Assembly: GCA_910583745.1 (NCBI GenBank)
Contig: CAJTZC010000004.1
Span: 21,548 to 85,547, forward strand
Direction: 5' to 3'
Origin: an uncultured Bacilli bacterium
GTDB lineage: Bacteria > Bacillota_I > Bacilli_A > RF39 > UBA660
Length of the DNA: 64,000 bases
Both the position numbers and the translations under genes were made by a program. Numbering within the stretch: the stretch's first letter is position 1; the number at the start of each line of letters is the position of its first letter. Shown piece by piece: positions 8,701 to 16,496 of the stretch. The notes under the pieces were generated by a model. That model was not told where the DNA came from. It was given only the letters and a program-made list of their open reading frames with translations, and did not search any database.

Positions 8701-10736
8701 AGTGTGTCTTTTGCGGTCGCTTTGGTCGCTTTTCTCAAAGTCTCATCTTGTAACATCATCAGTCTACTGCGATATCCCAGAGAAGTGATTTTCGAACCAA
8801 TTCTTCTCGTCAAATCATACATCGGTAAAGGATAATATGTGTAATGTTCAGCGATTTCTTCTGCTAATTTAATCAAATCTTCTTCTGTTTTTGCACTGTC
8901 TGTTATGTATAGATTTACAAGTCCAATCCACGCATCAAGATTTATTATTTCTTCTTTTAAAGCGTCTCTGTAGATTTGCTCTAATTTCTTTTTATCATTT
9001 TTGTAGACATCTTCGAGAAGCATTATCATCTGGGCTTTTTCATATTTTTCATATTCGTTTTGGGCATCTTGTGAAAGCAAAAGGTATGAACCAGGTTGTA
9101 TAGCACCATTGTTGGTTGCATATCTCGTTCCCCAGCCGTTGATACCAGCGCCACTGGTGTTTGCCCATCCAGTTGTCACAACACTGTTGGCCAATTGCCA
9201 AGCAAATTTTCCGCCTCCAGCATTATAGAGATATACATAAGCTGCGTGTCTTGGTTGTCCTACTACTCGAGCAGGATATCCCCAAACGCCGTAAAGATTG
9301 GCTGCGGTTTTTGATAATCCACCACAGACTGCACCTTCTTCGAATACTATCCAAAGTTTTGGTTTACCCGCTTGGTAGGTAATGTTATATTTTGAAAGAT
9401 TGTATTTTTGGTCCCATTTTGCGTAGTTTGCTTGGCTATAGTATTGAGGCCTATAATAACTATACGAAGTGGTGTATGTTATATATTTGTATGGATTAAA
9501 ACGCTCGTTCACAGCATATTTTTTCGAATAATCGTGTAACCACAGTATTTCTTCGTCATCGATGTTAGTAGCCATCACACCGCGCATCTCATCGATTGTA
9601 TAGCTTTCAAACATCGCATTATTTAATTCTCCATTTAAGTGCATGTCTTTGTATATTTGGTATCGGATAGTGGCATTTGAAAACTGACTATTATTTATCC
9701 ATAACGGTATGTTTGTAGAATGTGTCAATGAGAGAGACAGCATCATTTTTAGGTATAAATCTTTGTATTTTGTTCCTAATGCTGTTTCAGTCTCGTTCGA
9801 TAAATCTTCTCTATATGTATGGTATAAGTCGCTTAATACTTGTAGAGCCCTCTCATACGTTCCATTTGGTTTTCCACCAATCGTCCATAGTCGGAGTGCT
9901 TCTTCGTTGTTGATGAACCAATCAAACGTTTCCACATTTTTAGGGTTCGCTTCTAAGAAAGAGCGAAGTTGGTATTGTCCCATTCTTTTTATGAAGGTTC
10001 TCTGGAGTAAAACGAGTTTTAAATCTCCTTCGACTGTGCCAGAACGGTAGTTCTCTTTAATGATTTTGTCAAATTCTTCTACTGTCGTCATGACATTGTC
10101 GTTGTAACCCTCTTTTACCAGTTTGGCATCTCCCCATACTGCATGGTCGTTTCCATTGCTACCATTATCATTTACATAGAGTCTAATGTAGTTGGCATCT
10201 CTAATATCGATTTTAACTTTAACAGCACTATTGACACCTTTTAATGGAGTTGGATTTTCTTCTGTACGAAGGGTCCATTCTTTTCCGTCTTGTGACGTAT
10301 AAATATAGAATTTTGCTCCATTTCCGTTGTTGCCAGCACTTGTGTTAAGACCATAATATGTAGTGAAGTAATCGTAGTCTTTATAGTTGCTGATGTCATA
10401 TTCTACAGTAGAAGTAGCATGTGCAAATATTCCTTTTTTGACAATCGTCGCTGCTCCATCAATGTATAAAGCGAGGGATGCATTCGCATTTGTCTTATCC
10501 AATCCTAAAGTACCCCAGCCTACTTGCGCTTTGCTATACGGTATGTCAGAGAGATAAACTACATCTTCTGAAGCTTTAATATTGTAAGAGAACACCGGAC
10601 CTCTATCTATTTTTATCGTCTTCTCTGTTCCTACATATTGGCAGAAAGCGAAACTTCCATAAATAGCAGCTGTAAAAGATAAAATCAGTAAGCTATTTGC
10701 CAATGTCTTTTTAACTTTTAATTTTTTCTTTTTCAT
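5706..10736 (-). CDS. Large cell-surface protein with carbohydrate-binding (NPCBM-like and F5/8-type-C-like) domains, seven Ig-like tandem repeats, a Pro/Glu/Lys-rich stalk and a C-terminal TM anchor
   Basis: 1676 aa with an N-terminal signal peptide. The SDIPYSKAQVGWGTLGLDK motif is NPCBM-like. There are seven roughly 85-aa VDWIDKEAPTAEFEF-type repeats, a PEEKPEEKPSKP linker, and a terminal TM helix plus KKKNN. Confidence 0.75.
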   Translation of the reverse strand: MKKKKLKVKKTLANSLLILSFTAAIYGSFAFCQYVGTEKTIKIDRGPVFSYNIKASEDVVYLSDIPYSKAQVGWGTLGLDKTNANASLALYIDGAATIVKKGIFAHATSTVEYDISNYKDYDYFTTYYGLNTSAGNNGNGAKFYIYTSQDGKEWTLRTEENPTPLKGVNSAVKVKIDIRDANYIRLYVNDNGSNGNDHAVWGDAKLVKEGYNDNVMTTVEEFDKIIKENYRSGTVEGDLKLVLLQRTFIKRMGQYQLRSFLEANPKNVETFDWFINNEEALRLWTIGGKPNGTYERALQVLSDLYHTYREDLSNETETALGTKYKDLYLKMMLSLSLTHSTNIPLWINNSQFSNATIRYQIYKDMHLNGELNNAMFESYTIDEMRGVMATNIDDEEILWLHDYSKKYAVNERFNPYKYITYTTSYSYYRPQYYSQANYAKWDQKYNLSKYNITYQAGKPKLWIVFEEGAVCGGLSKTAANLYGVWGYPARVVGQPRHAAYVYLYNAGGGKFAWQLANSVVTTGWANTSGAGINGWGTRYATNNGAIQPGSYLLLSQDAQNEYEKYEKAQMIMLLEDVYKNDKKKLEQIYRDALKEEIINLDAWIGLVNLYITDSAKTEEDLIKLAEEIAEHYTYYPLPMYDLTRRIGSKITSLGYRSRLMMLQDETLRKATKATAKDTLYYKEVPVIANAILGIVDSRVATFSFDGANAGQIVLSKQLQSAQVSWTYSLDGGNTWIPCYEHAAQLTKEQLDSISPDNDIKIHITGLPMTEENIYTIDIKKGVFPSNTVSKDDLENRLMGTTDNMQWTLDPNDEWNSFADTNPIFKGDVKVYVRMLATDVYTTSDPVYFTFTTNTSSESHRYITRDKLNVIAVSGTSGGDKDNILDGNTNTAWHSHYNKQGLGQKYIPAYATIELDKPRYVSELDYVPDARATTALGNYPSGKASRLDIYISMDGTNWELAATKSNLGNNGNLKKITFDSPVLAKYVRINCPSVYESGLQHFFSIALINLYEDPSASENPTAEINYNIIKTTNKDVIAELVDENRPITVTNNDGKKTYTFTENGEFTFEFVDKNGHKGSATAKVDWIDKTAPTATVQFSTTEITNENVVATITFDKNDITILSTDVQLATNPTDGSKTLTFLENGTTVLEFQDALGNVGSTTITVDWIDTEAPTAEFEFNTVHLTDGEVVATLVPSEEVTITNNGGKNTYTFTKNGEFTFEFVDKAGNPGSATVTVNWISKVPTYELNFSTTNLTNQDVKVTLKLEEGYRIFNNNASNEYTFTQNETFNFQYKDENGYDGIIPVTVDWIDKEAPTAEFEFNTQDWTNKDVVATLKPSEEVTVTNNDGKTTYAFTENGEFTFEFVDRVGNTGSSTVTVDWIDKEAPTATIEYSTQNPTEGPVTATLKPSEEVTILGNGESTYTFKENAEYTFEFVDRAGNKGYATAVVTWIEQKPVEKPGDNEGETEPGDNENETKPEEKPEEKPSKPTNPSKPNTDKPTTPSEPEESHSDMTNGNVNIKIPNEILEKYEDATLDYKKLELSEAQINRYGKDSEIFELSLQTKDNQKIDLSAEFIEQTIKLDPNKTFEAIYVVRDDGSVVKLNSRVVGNEVIFTNQGLGKFIVAYKSTTPNQDNTDKSDIDTSSTEEKNSNVIIYAIGAAAIVIAGGAGYFIIKKKNN
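6400..7700 (-). repeat. Intragenic tandem repeat array (about 7 x 255 bp) encoding Ig-like repeats
   Basis: The repeated protein motif VDWIDK(E/T)APTA.. is visible seven times. It also creates a long antisense ORF artefact at 6250..7194. Confidence 0.6.
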
Positions 10737-11295
10737 ATCTATAAACTCCTTTTCAATTTAAAATAGTGGTTTTATCTTCTATTTGAAAGCATATTTTCTT
10801 TCATAAAAATATCCGATAAATGTAACCGGGGTATATATTAACACAATTTTAGTTAGTTTACAATATATTTTACGTTTTTGATGATAAAAATGTGCTTCTT
10901 TTTTAAGTGGAATATTATAACTTCACTAAAATTTCAAATGTCTATTTATCACTTTTGGAATCATTTTTCTTTGCTTTTAAACGTGCTTTCAACATTTCTG
11001 GTTTTATTTTAGCACAGTTCTTTTTACTTTACAATATCATTTACTTTTTTATTTACATTTTGCGGTGTTTTGTTGTGTCTAATTTTGTAAATTTATGAGG
11101 GAAGTGTATGCGAAAACTAAATGCTATTATTAAAATATGGGGTTTTACTTGTTTCAAAAAATCATTTTTTCCGATTTATAGTAATATTTTTTAAGCTTTT
11201 TTAGAAAAATTAAGCAATTTTATAGAATTTTCTACGATTTCCGATGGGTGTGAGTTCATAGATGGCTGAAAGTTGGAGTAATTTTGGAAGTAAAA

Positions 11296-11322
11296 AAAAA
11301 CCTTAAACTAAGGCTTTAAATT
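11296..11322 (-). terminator. Weak hairpin plus T9 (minus strand); likely the original host terminator of tRNA-Ala, displaced by the prophage
   Basis: CCTTA-AAC-TAAGG stem followed by nine T on the minus strand, just outside the left att core. Confidence 0.3.
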
Positions 11323-11346
11323 CATTCTGGTGGAGGATGTGGGATT
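11323..11346. repeat. attL core copy (displaced 3' fragment of tRNA-Ala)
   Basis: Identical to 51017-51040. Confidence 0.8.
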
Positions 11347-11447
11347 ATATTTTTTAAATCTTTGTAATCTTATATAACTTAATATGTCCCTATTTAAAAG
11401 AAATTTTATACTAAAATTCACGTTGTTATAATATAATATTTATTTTT

Positions 11448-11469
11448 TGTTACGTAAAATGTTACGTAA
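11448..11469 (+). promoter_or_regulatory. Tandem TGTTACGTAA x2 (11448-11457 and 11460-11469); candidate integrase arm-type or regulatory sites
   Basis: The same 10-mer tandem pair recurs at 50951-50971 near the other prophage end. Confidence 0.45.
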
Positions 11470-11481
11470 ATCATGTAACAT

Positions 11482-11967
11482 ATGAAATGCAAAAACTTAA
11501 AAATTGAATCAAAAAAAGGCACTAAAAAAGGATACTGTAAACTGCATGATAAAGAGGTATCTTTATTCTGCAATGAATGCCCTTTTGAAGTTAAATATGA
11601 TATAGAAAAAATAAAAAGAAAGACTAAACAATATAAACCTATCAAAAAACGGTCTAACAAGCTCGCCAAAGCTGAAAAAGAACGTTTTAGTATAATCTAT
11701 CAAGATTTAACTAAATGTTGCGTAGAGAACTGTTTAACACCGTATTTTGGGGTACAAAAAAACGAAGTCTTTGAAGGTTCTTATAGACAAGCTTCGATTG
11801 AGTATGGTTTAGTATGCCCATTTTGCGTTAATTGTCACAAGAGATTCCACAAAGACCGAGAATTTGCTCTATATTATAAGAGACTATTTCAGGATAGATT
11901 CATAGAGTTATATTCTAGAGATTTATTTATGAGCATATTTAAAATGGATTATCATTATCGAAATTAA
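11482..11967 (+). CDS. Cys-rich putative zinc-binding protein (161 aa), function unknown
   Basis: Multiple CxxC-like pairs (CNEC, CPFC..C..H). First gene inside attL and the only plus-strand gene at this end. Confidence 0.5.
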   Translation: MKCKNLKIESKKGTKKGYCKLHDKEVSLFCNECPFEVKYDIEKIKRKTKQYKPIKKRSNKLAKAEKERFSIIYQDLTKCCVENCLTPYFGVQKNEVFEGSYRQASIEYGLVCPFCVNCHKRFHKDREFALYYKRLFQDRFIELYSRDLFMSIFKMDYHYRN

Positions 11968-11976
11968 TCTACTGTT

Positions 11977-12015
11977 AAAAACAAAAAATTCTCACAACTG
12001 GACTATGTGTGAGAA
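11977..12015 (-). terminator. Rho-independent terminator for the 12051-13146 module
   Basis: On the minus strand, the hairpin TTCTCACA-N10-TGTGAGAA is followed by TTTTTTGTTTTT. Confidence 0.5.
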
Positions 12016-12050
12016 CTGAATACAATTTGTCATATGAACTAAATTTCCAA

Positions 12051-12602
12051 TTAAATGCTTTTTAAGTTGTTCAAATTCCAACTATTATTTTTTTCTTTTT
12101 CGTAGATTATTTCTTTTTTCATTCTTATAATTTTTCCATCGATATTTAAGTCAGCCACAATTCCTAAATGAAAAAAGTCTATTAAAATAATTTTTAGTTT
12201 ACTGTTATTATTATAAATATAAAATTGGAATCTTTTTTTATCCCTGTGTTTTACTTTAAAAATATTTTGTAAATCCTTTTTTGTATATTTATGACGATAG
12301 CCTATATTAATAATATCCAATAACCTTTTAGCGGCAGGTTCTGTATAAGTGATTTCGTCCATAGGCTCAAAGTCGTCATCAAAAAAATCATAATTATCAG
12401 CGCTTGCATCTTTGACATATTCTTCTAATTTTTTATATAATTCGTTTTCACTAGTTTTAACAAAGTTCGTAAAAAATAGATTAGGGTCATTAAATGAGTT
12501 CAAAGAATTGCCGAAATCAAAACTATCATATTCTTCTTTTGAAAATTTTGTTTTATTAGAATTAAATCTATTTTGGCGACGACTTTTACGAATTTTTGGC
12601 AT
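12051..12602 (-). CDS. Unknown 183-aa protein translationally coupled to the Panacea-domain gene; candidate toxin/effector
   Basis: Overlaps the upstream gene by 17 nt. Basic N-terminus, acidic middle, no recognisable family. Confidence 0.5.
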   Translation of the reverse strand: MPKIRKSRRQNRFNSNKTKFSKEEYDSFDFGNSLNSFNDPNLFFTNFVKTSENELYKKLEEYVKDASADNYDFFDDDFEPMDEITYTEPAAKRLLDIINIGYRHKYTKKDLQNIFKVKHRDKKRFQFYIYNNNSKLKIILIDFFHLGIVADLNIDGKIIRMKKEIIYEKEKNNSWNLNNLKSI

Positions 12603-13146
12603 ATTCTCTTATTATTTCTTCTTTTGGAATTTCTGCATTATGAAAAATATTATTTTTGTTAAAATGTTTTTTCCAACATTTATCCTCATGAGAAATCTCT
12701 ACAAGTTTAAAATCATTTACAGGCAAAACATCATCTAAAATTCCGTTAATAAATTCCTGAACATAATCCATTCCATTAAAGAGATTACTATTTTTATAAT
12801 TTGATAATTCTTTTGCTTTATCAACGTTATATACATCTGGTATAACGGGGCCATATACCCATGCTTCAATAGTATTATCAAAAAGATATTCACTATAATT
12901 TAAATCTATTTCTTTTTTTGAATGCCCTTTTGATTTCCTGATAAAGCCGCCCCAATAACCAAAACAAAAATACAAAGCTTTTTGCAATTTTAACGGAGAT
13001 ATGGGTTTATTAAATTTTTCTTCATAATATTCAGAAATATATACCCCTAATTCTTTCGCATCTACTAAGCCTTTCATACCATTACTCCCTCCACCAGTTA
13101 TAGAATACCATAAATTTTTAAGATTTTCCATAAATTTTTGTGTCAA
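12586..13146 (-). CDS. Panacea-domain (DUF4065, PanA/SocA-like) protein; putative antitoxin
   Basis: Motifs LKLQKALYFCFGYW and AWVYGPVIPDVY match the Panacea domain consensus. TTG start with RBS AAGGGAG. Confidence 0.6.
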   Translation of the reverse strand: MTQKFMENLKNLWYSITGGGSNGMKGLVDAKELGVYISEYYEEKFNKPISPLKLQKALYFCFGYWGGFIRKSKGHSKKEIDLNYSEYLFDNTIEAWVYGPVIPDVYNVDKAKELSNYKNSNLFNGMDYVQEFINGILDDVLPVNDFKLVEISHEDKCWKKHFNKNNIFHNAEIPKEEIIREYAKNS

Positions 13147-13175
13147 GTGACAACACTCCCTTTTCGTTTTATTTT

Positions 13176-13203
13176 ACATTATATGTGTGTCGAATTATGT
13201 CAA
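13176..13203 (-). promoter_or_regulatory. Candidate promoter (TTGACA ... TATAAT/TAATGT) for the Panacea module
   Basis: Minus-strand -35 TTGACA at 13198-13203 and -10 at 13176-13183, immediately after the lysis-operon terminator. Confidence 0.35.
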
Positions 13204-13217
13204 ACTGTGTCGAAGCA

Positions 13218-13244
13218 CAAAAAAAGACTCGGATTTCTCCGAGT
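13218..13244 (-). terminator. Rho-independent terminator ending the late/lysis operon
   Basis: The perfect 8-bp hairpin ACTCGGAG-AA-ATCCGAGT is followed by T7 on the minus strand. Confidence 0.6.
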
Positions 13245-13266
13245 TTTATTGATTTTTTATTGATTT

Positions 13267-14022
13267 TTATTGGTTTGAATATAGTTTGATGTTATCAGTA
13301 TTCATCGCAGCCCAAACTTGACCACGAGCACTAAGAACTGCACGATTATCGACAAGTTCAGTAATCGTGTAATACTCATCATATTGAATTAACTTTGTTC
13401 CATAAAAATCAACTTTTTTTATCGCGACCACTTTATCGCCTACTCTAAAAGTCGTTTTTTGAGGTTCTACGGGCTCTTTTGCATCTTCACTAGTATTTAC
13501 ACTATAATCATATTTTGGACGCCCATAGCCCACGATAGACGTTGAATTCAATGCATATTTTTTCTCTTTGACGCCGTTCACGGGGCTTCCTGTATTACCT
13601 TCAACAACATAGACATAGTTAGGATCTACTCTTACGATCAACCCTGTATGTGCGTATTTAGAAAAAAATACTTGGTCTCCAGGTTGAGGATTCGCAGTAT
13701 AGAACTGACCTTTCTGTTTATAGTATTGAGCCGAATATCCTACGCCTGCGCCACATGATTTAAGAGGTTGGCATAATAGTTCTAACGCTCTTGCGACGCC
13801 AAATGCTTGCACAAAGCACCAATCTACAAAAATGTCACACCACGAGTAACCGTTTTTCTTTCCATTGTAAAACCCCGAAATTTTATCGAGGTCTCTTGCA
13901 TACTTAGAATAATTACCGTTACCAGCGTTTGCGTTTTTGTCGTCTAGCTGGCTATTAGATTTTTTTTCGAGATAGCCGACTTCTTTTTTAGCTATTTCTA
14001 TTACTCTTTCGATTTCATTCAT
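13267..14022 (-). CDS. Endolysin with a CHAP peptidase domain and a C-terminal SH3-like cell-wall-binding region
   Basis: The Cys (SWCDIF) and His (YAHTGLIV..VVEGN) catalytic pair matches a CHAP domain. Last gene of the lysis cassette; its start overlaps the holin stop. Confidence 0.7.
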   Translation of the reverse strand: MNEIERVIEIAKKEVGYLEKKSNSQLDDKNANAGNGNYSKYARDLDKISGFYNGKKNGYSWCDIFVDWCFVQAFGVARALELLCQPLKSCGAGVGYSAQYYKQKGQFYTANPQPGDQVFFSKYAHTGLIVRVDPNYVYVVEGNTGSPVNGVKEKKYALNSTSIVGYGRPKYDYSVNTSEDAKEPVEPQKTTFRVGDKVVAIKKVDFYGTKLIQYDEYYTITELVDNRAVLSARGQVWAAMNTDNIKLYSNQ

Positions 14023-14207
14023 TATTCTTCACTCTCCTTATTTTTATCTTTTTTGTTAAAAAAGTATGTCATAACTGCTCCGTACGATGTACTAAATAAC
14101 ATTAAAACCTCTTTATTGATGTCGTATGGTATGAACAGTAATGCGACCATGGCAATAGTCATTATTACTGTTACGAATGATTTTAAATCATTCCACGCTT
14201 TTATCAT
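14022..14207 (-). CDS. Holin (61 aa, two TM segments)
   Basis: Two hydrophobic helices and a charged C-terminus, immediately upstream of the endolysin with an ATGA overlap. Confidence 0.6.
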   Translation of the reverse strand: MIKAWNDLKSFVTVIMTIAMVALLFIPYDINKEVLMLFSTSYGAVMTYFFNKKDKNKESEE

Positions 14208-14222
14208 ATTATTACCTTCTTT

Positions 14223-14519
14223 CTATTTTAAACCTAATTTTAACAGGACATATCCTATTAAACCGCCAATCAAAGCAGATAGAATATAACCTATAATTTG
14301 GTCCATTCTTTTAGATGGCTTATCTTTTATTTCTTTCATATCGTTTTTAATCTCTTTAACATCGTTATCAATATTGTCAACTTTATCATTAACTTTAGTT
14401 AAAGCAATATAGACATCAGATAATTCTTCGAGTTTTTTATCATGTTCGTCCAATCTATGAGTATTAGATTTACTACGACTTTCGACTTCTTTTAAAAGTT
14501 CTATATCTTTTCTATCCAT
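14223..14519 (-). CDS. XhlA-like membrane protein of the lysis cassette
   Basis: N-terminal coiled-coil plus one C-terminal TM, about 98 aa, and position upstream of the holin. This resembles the haemolysin XhlA family. Confidence 0.5.
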   Translation of the reverse strand: MDRKDIELLKEVESRSKSNTHRLDEHDKKLEELSDVYIALTKVNDKVDNIDNDVKEIKNDMKEIKDKPSKRMDQIIGYILSALIGGLIGYVLLKLGLK

Positions 14520-14534
14520 TTTGTTCCTTCCTTT

Positions 14535-16496
14535 CTAATTTATAACCTTTACATATAAACTGCATGCAGGTCTAGTAGTTGTTCCATACAACATCAAAGG
14601 ACCATCAACCCCTTGAAGTGCACCAAGTGAGATTTTATCGCCCTTTTCTACGCTTAACGGAAAAGAGCCTATGCTAAATGTTTGTGTAGCGTTACCACTC
14701 GCTCTATTAACATAACTGCTTATCCCTGCTTCTATGCTATTTTTTAGAACATGTATTTCTACCGCTTTTCCGGCAGGCCCATCTTCATACCACAATGTAA
14801 ACTCTGCACTAACTTCGACTGCGTGTACTTCGTCACTTGTAATCTCTATATATTCATTTGTTTTCTTCAAATAAGTTAAACCATTATCATAAAAAACAGC
14901 GTTTAGTGGTACGTTTTGAAGCTGCCAAGGCGTCATTGTTATAGATGTCGAATCGTTCAAATAAAGACTCATTCCTGCCGTGTATTTCTTTAAAGTATTC
15001 GCTATGATTGTATTTATATCTACACCGTCAATTTCAAGACCGTTCATACAATTGATAGTTAGCTCGCTATCGATGTATTTTTCGTTAGAACTACGATTAC
15101 TTATAGTTCCAAATGCCATCGAATGACCTGAAGCATTAAAGTTTATAAGCTTAAAGTCTGCGCCGAGTTCGCGGTCGATATAGACTTCGTTAAAGGCGTC
15201 GGTTACTCGGAATCGTATATCATAAACATAGTTTGCATTTAAAGTTGCACCCGTTAAGACGCCTGAAGCATTTAACTCATAAGATGATGTCGATATTGAC
15301 TTATATGTATAAGTTGAACTTCCTGTCGTCTTATAACCTATTTCGTACTTCTTTGTATTTTTATCGTTTAAAGATGTGATAGAGGCTTGAAAGACATATT
15401 TGAGATACGTTCCACTTTCAGATTCGCTTCCAGAGCTTGTGCTTCGAACTGCTGAAACGGAAGTGATTTTTGGCGACTCGTAAGCTAATGCGCTAGATGT
15501 TGCCACTTTTTCAATAGTAGCTGCATGTCTTTTGTCGTATACGGTTGCAATAACTGTGAATTGACCTGAAATACTAATTGTATCTGTTGTTATTTCGACA
15601 TCAGTGGCATTTCCTTCTACCTCTTGAACTTTGTTCCACACTGTTTTTCCTGTACTATCTTTTAATAAAATATACACACTATGCAAAGGGCTGTTTTGAC
15701 ATTTGACGATGTTGTTAAATGAAATCTTTATTTTGGATTGATTCTGTACATAAGCACCAATTCCTAAGCTCGAAACTATATTATTAGCTTCAGCTATGCT
15801 TAAGTCAAAATTTGGCGCATCGACGTTGGGTCTAAGATTCAACGAAAATGAAGCATATGATGTTCCGACATAGTTAGAACTATCTTCAAGACCATTATAT
15901 GTATCGCATCTTATAGTGAATGTTCCACTTGGAGAGTCCGTAAAATACTGCAACAAATTTTGCGGCAAAGTCCAATCGTAAAAATCGCTTATATTTTTAG
16001 CTAGAAAATAGTACGTGTCACTGTTTGGCGGTTTATAAGAAAGCGAACCAGTAAATACATCCGCACTCTTATTCAAAGTAATTCGCAATGTATCCCCGAC
16101 AATCGGATTCGCATTACTTAAAGTAAGTGAAATGGCACGTGGTATTTTTGTCAGCCATTTATTTCCGCTTGCACGAATCGTACCTGCTGAGGTTCCTGTT
16201 ACGATGCTAGCACTATATTCTAAATATTTAGAGCCGTCTGCTTCATGTGGCACAGTGACATCGACATAACAAGATGAACTTGACTGAGAGCCTTTTAAAG
16301 CCAAACTAGAAGTATATGTTTGACCGTTTACTATAAAAGTAACTGTTTTTAGGTCGCTCCAAAAGGTCGTACCACTCGTTCTTTTAACTGTAAATGTAAT
16401 ACGCTCTACTGTCGTGTTGTTAGCTATATCATAATCGCCGATTTGTGCACATGAAATGGAACCAGATGCGGCAAATAGTTGAATATTTAATTTCAT
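14535..16496 (-). CDS. Tail fiber / receptor-binding protein (653 aa)
   Basis: Last large tail gene before the lysis cassette. Ser/Thr-rich and beta-rich composition. Confidence 0.5.
   Translation of the reverse strand: MKLNIQLFAASGSISCAQIGDYDIANNTTVERITFTVKRTSGTTFWSDLKTVTFIVNGQTYTSSLALKGSQSSSSCYVDVTVPHEADGSKYLEYSASIVTGTSAGTIRASGNKWLTKIPRAISLTLSNANPIVGDTLRITLNKSADVFTGSLSYKPPNSDTYYFLAKNISDFYDWTLPQNLLQYFTDSPSGTFTIRCDTYNGLEDSSNYVGTSYASFSLNLRPNVDAPNFDLSIAEANNIVSSLGIGAYVQNQSKIKISFNNIVKCQNSPLHSVYILLKDSTGKTVWNKVQEVEGNATDVEITTDTISISGQFTVIATVYDKRHAATIEKVATSSALAYESPKITSVSAVRSTSSGSESESGTYLKYVFQASITSLNDKNTKKYEIGYKTTGSSTYTYKSISTSSYELNASGVLTGATLNANYVYDIRFRVTDAFNEVYIDRELGADFKLINFNASGHSMAFGTISNRSSNEKYIDSELTINCMNGLEIDGVDINTIIANTLKKYTAGMSLYLNDSTSITMTPWQLQNVPLNAVFYDNGLTYLKKTNEYIEITSDEVHAVEVSAEFTLWYEDGPAGKAVEIHVLKNSIEAGISSYVNRASGNATQTFSIGSFPLSVEKGDKISLGALQGVDGPLMLYGTTTRPACSLYVKVIN

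Noticed and set aside
11448-11469. CRISPR array or other interspersed repeat system
   Set aside because: There are only two units per site with no spacer-like unique inserts, and the other repeat sets (operators) are palindromic protein-binding sites. No CRISPR array is present in the window.
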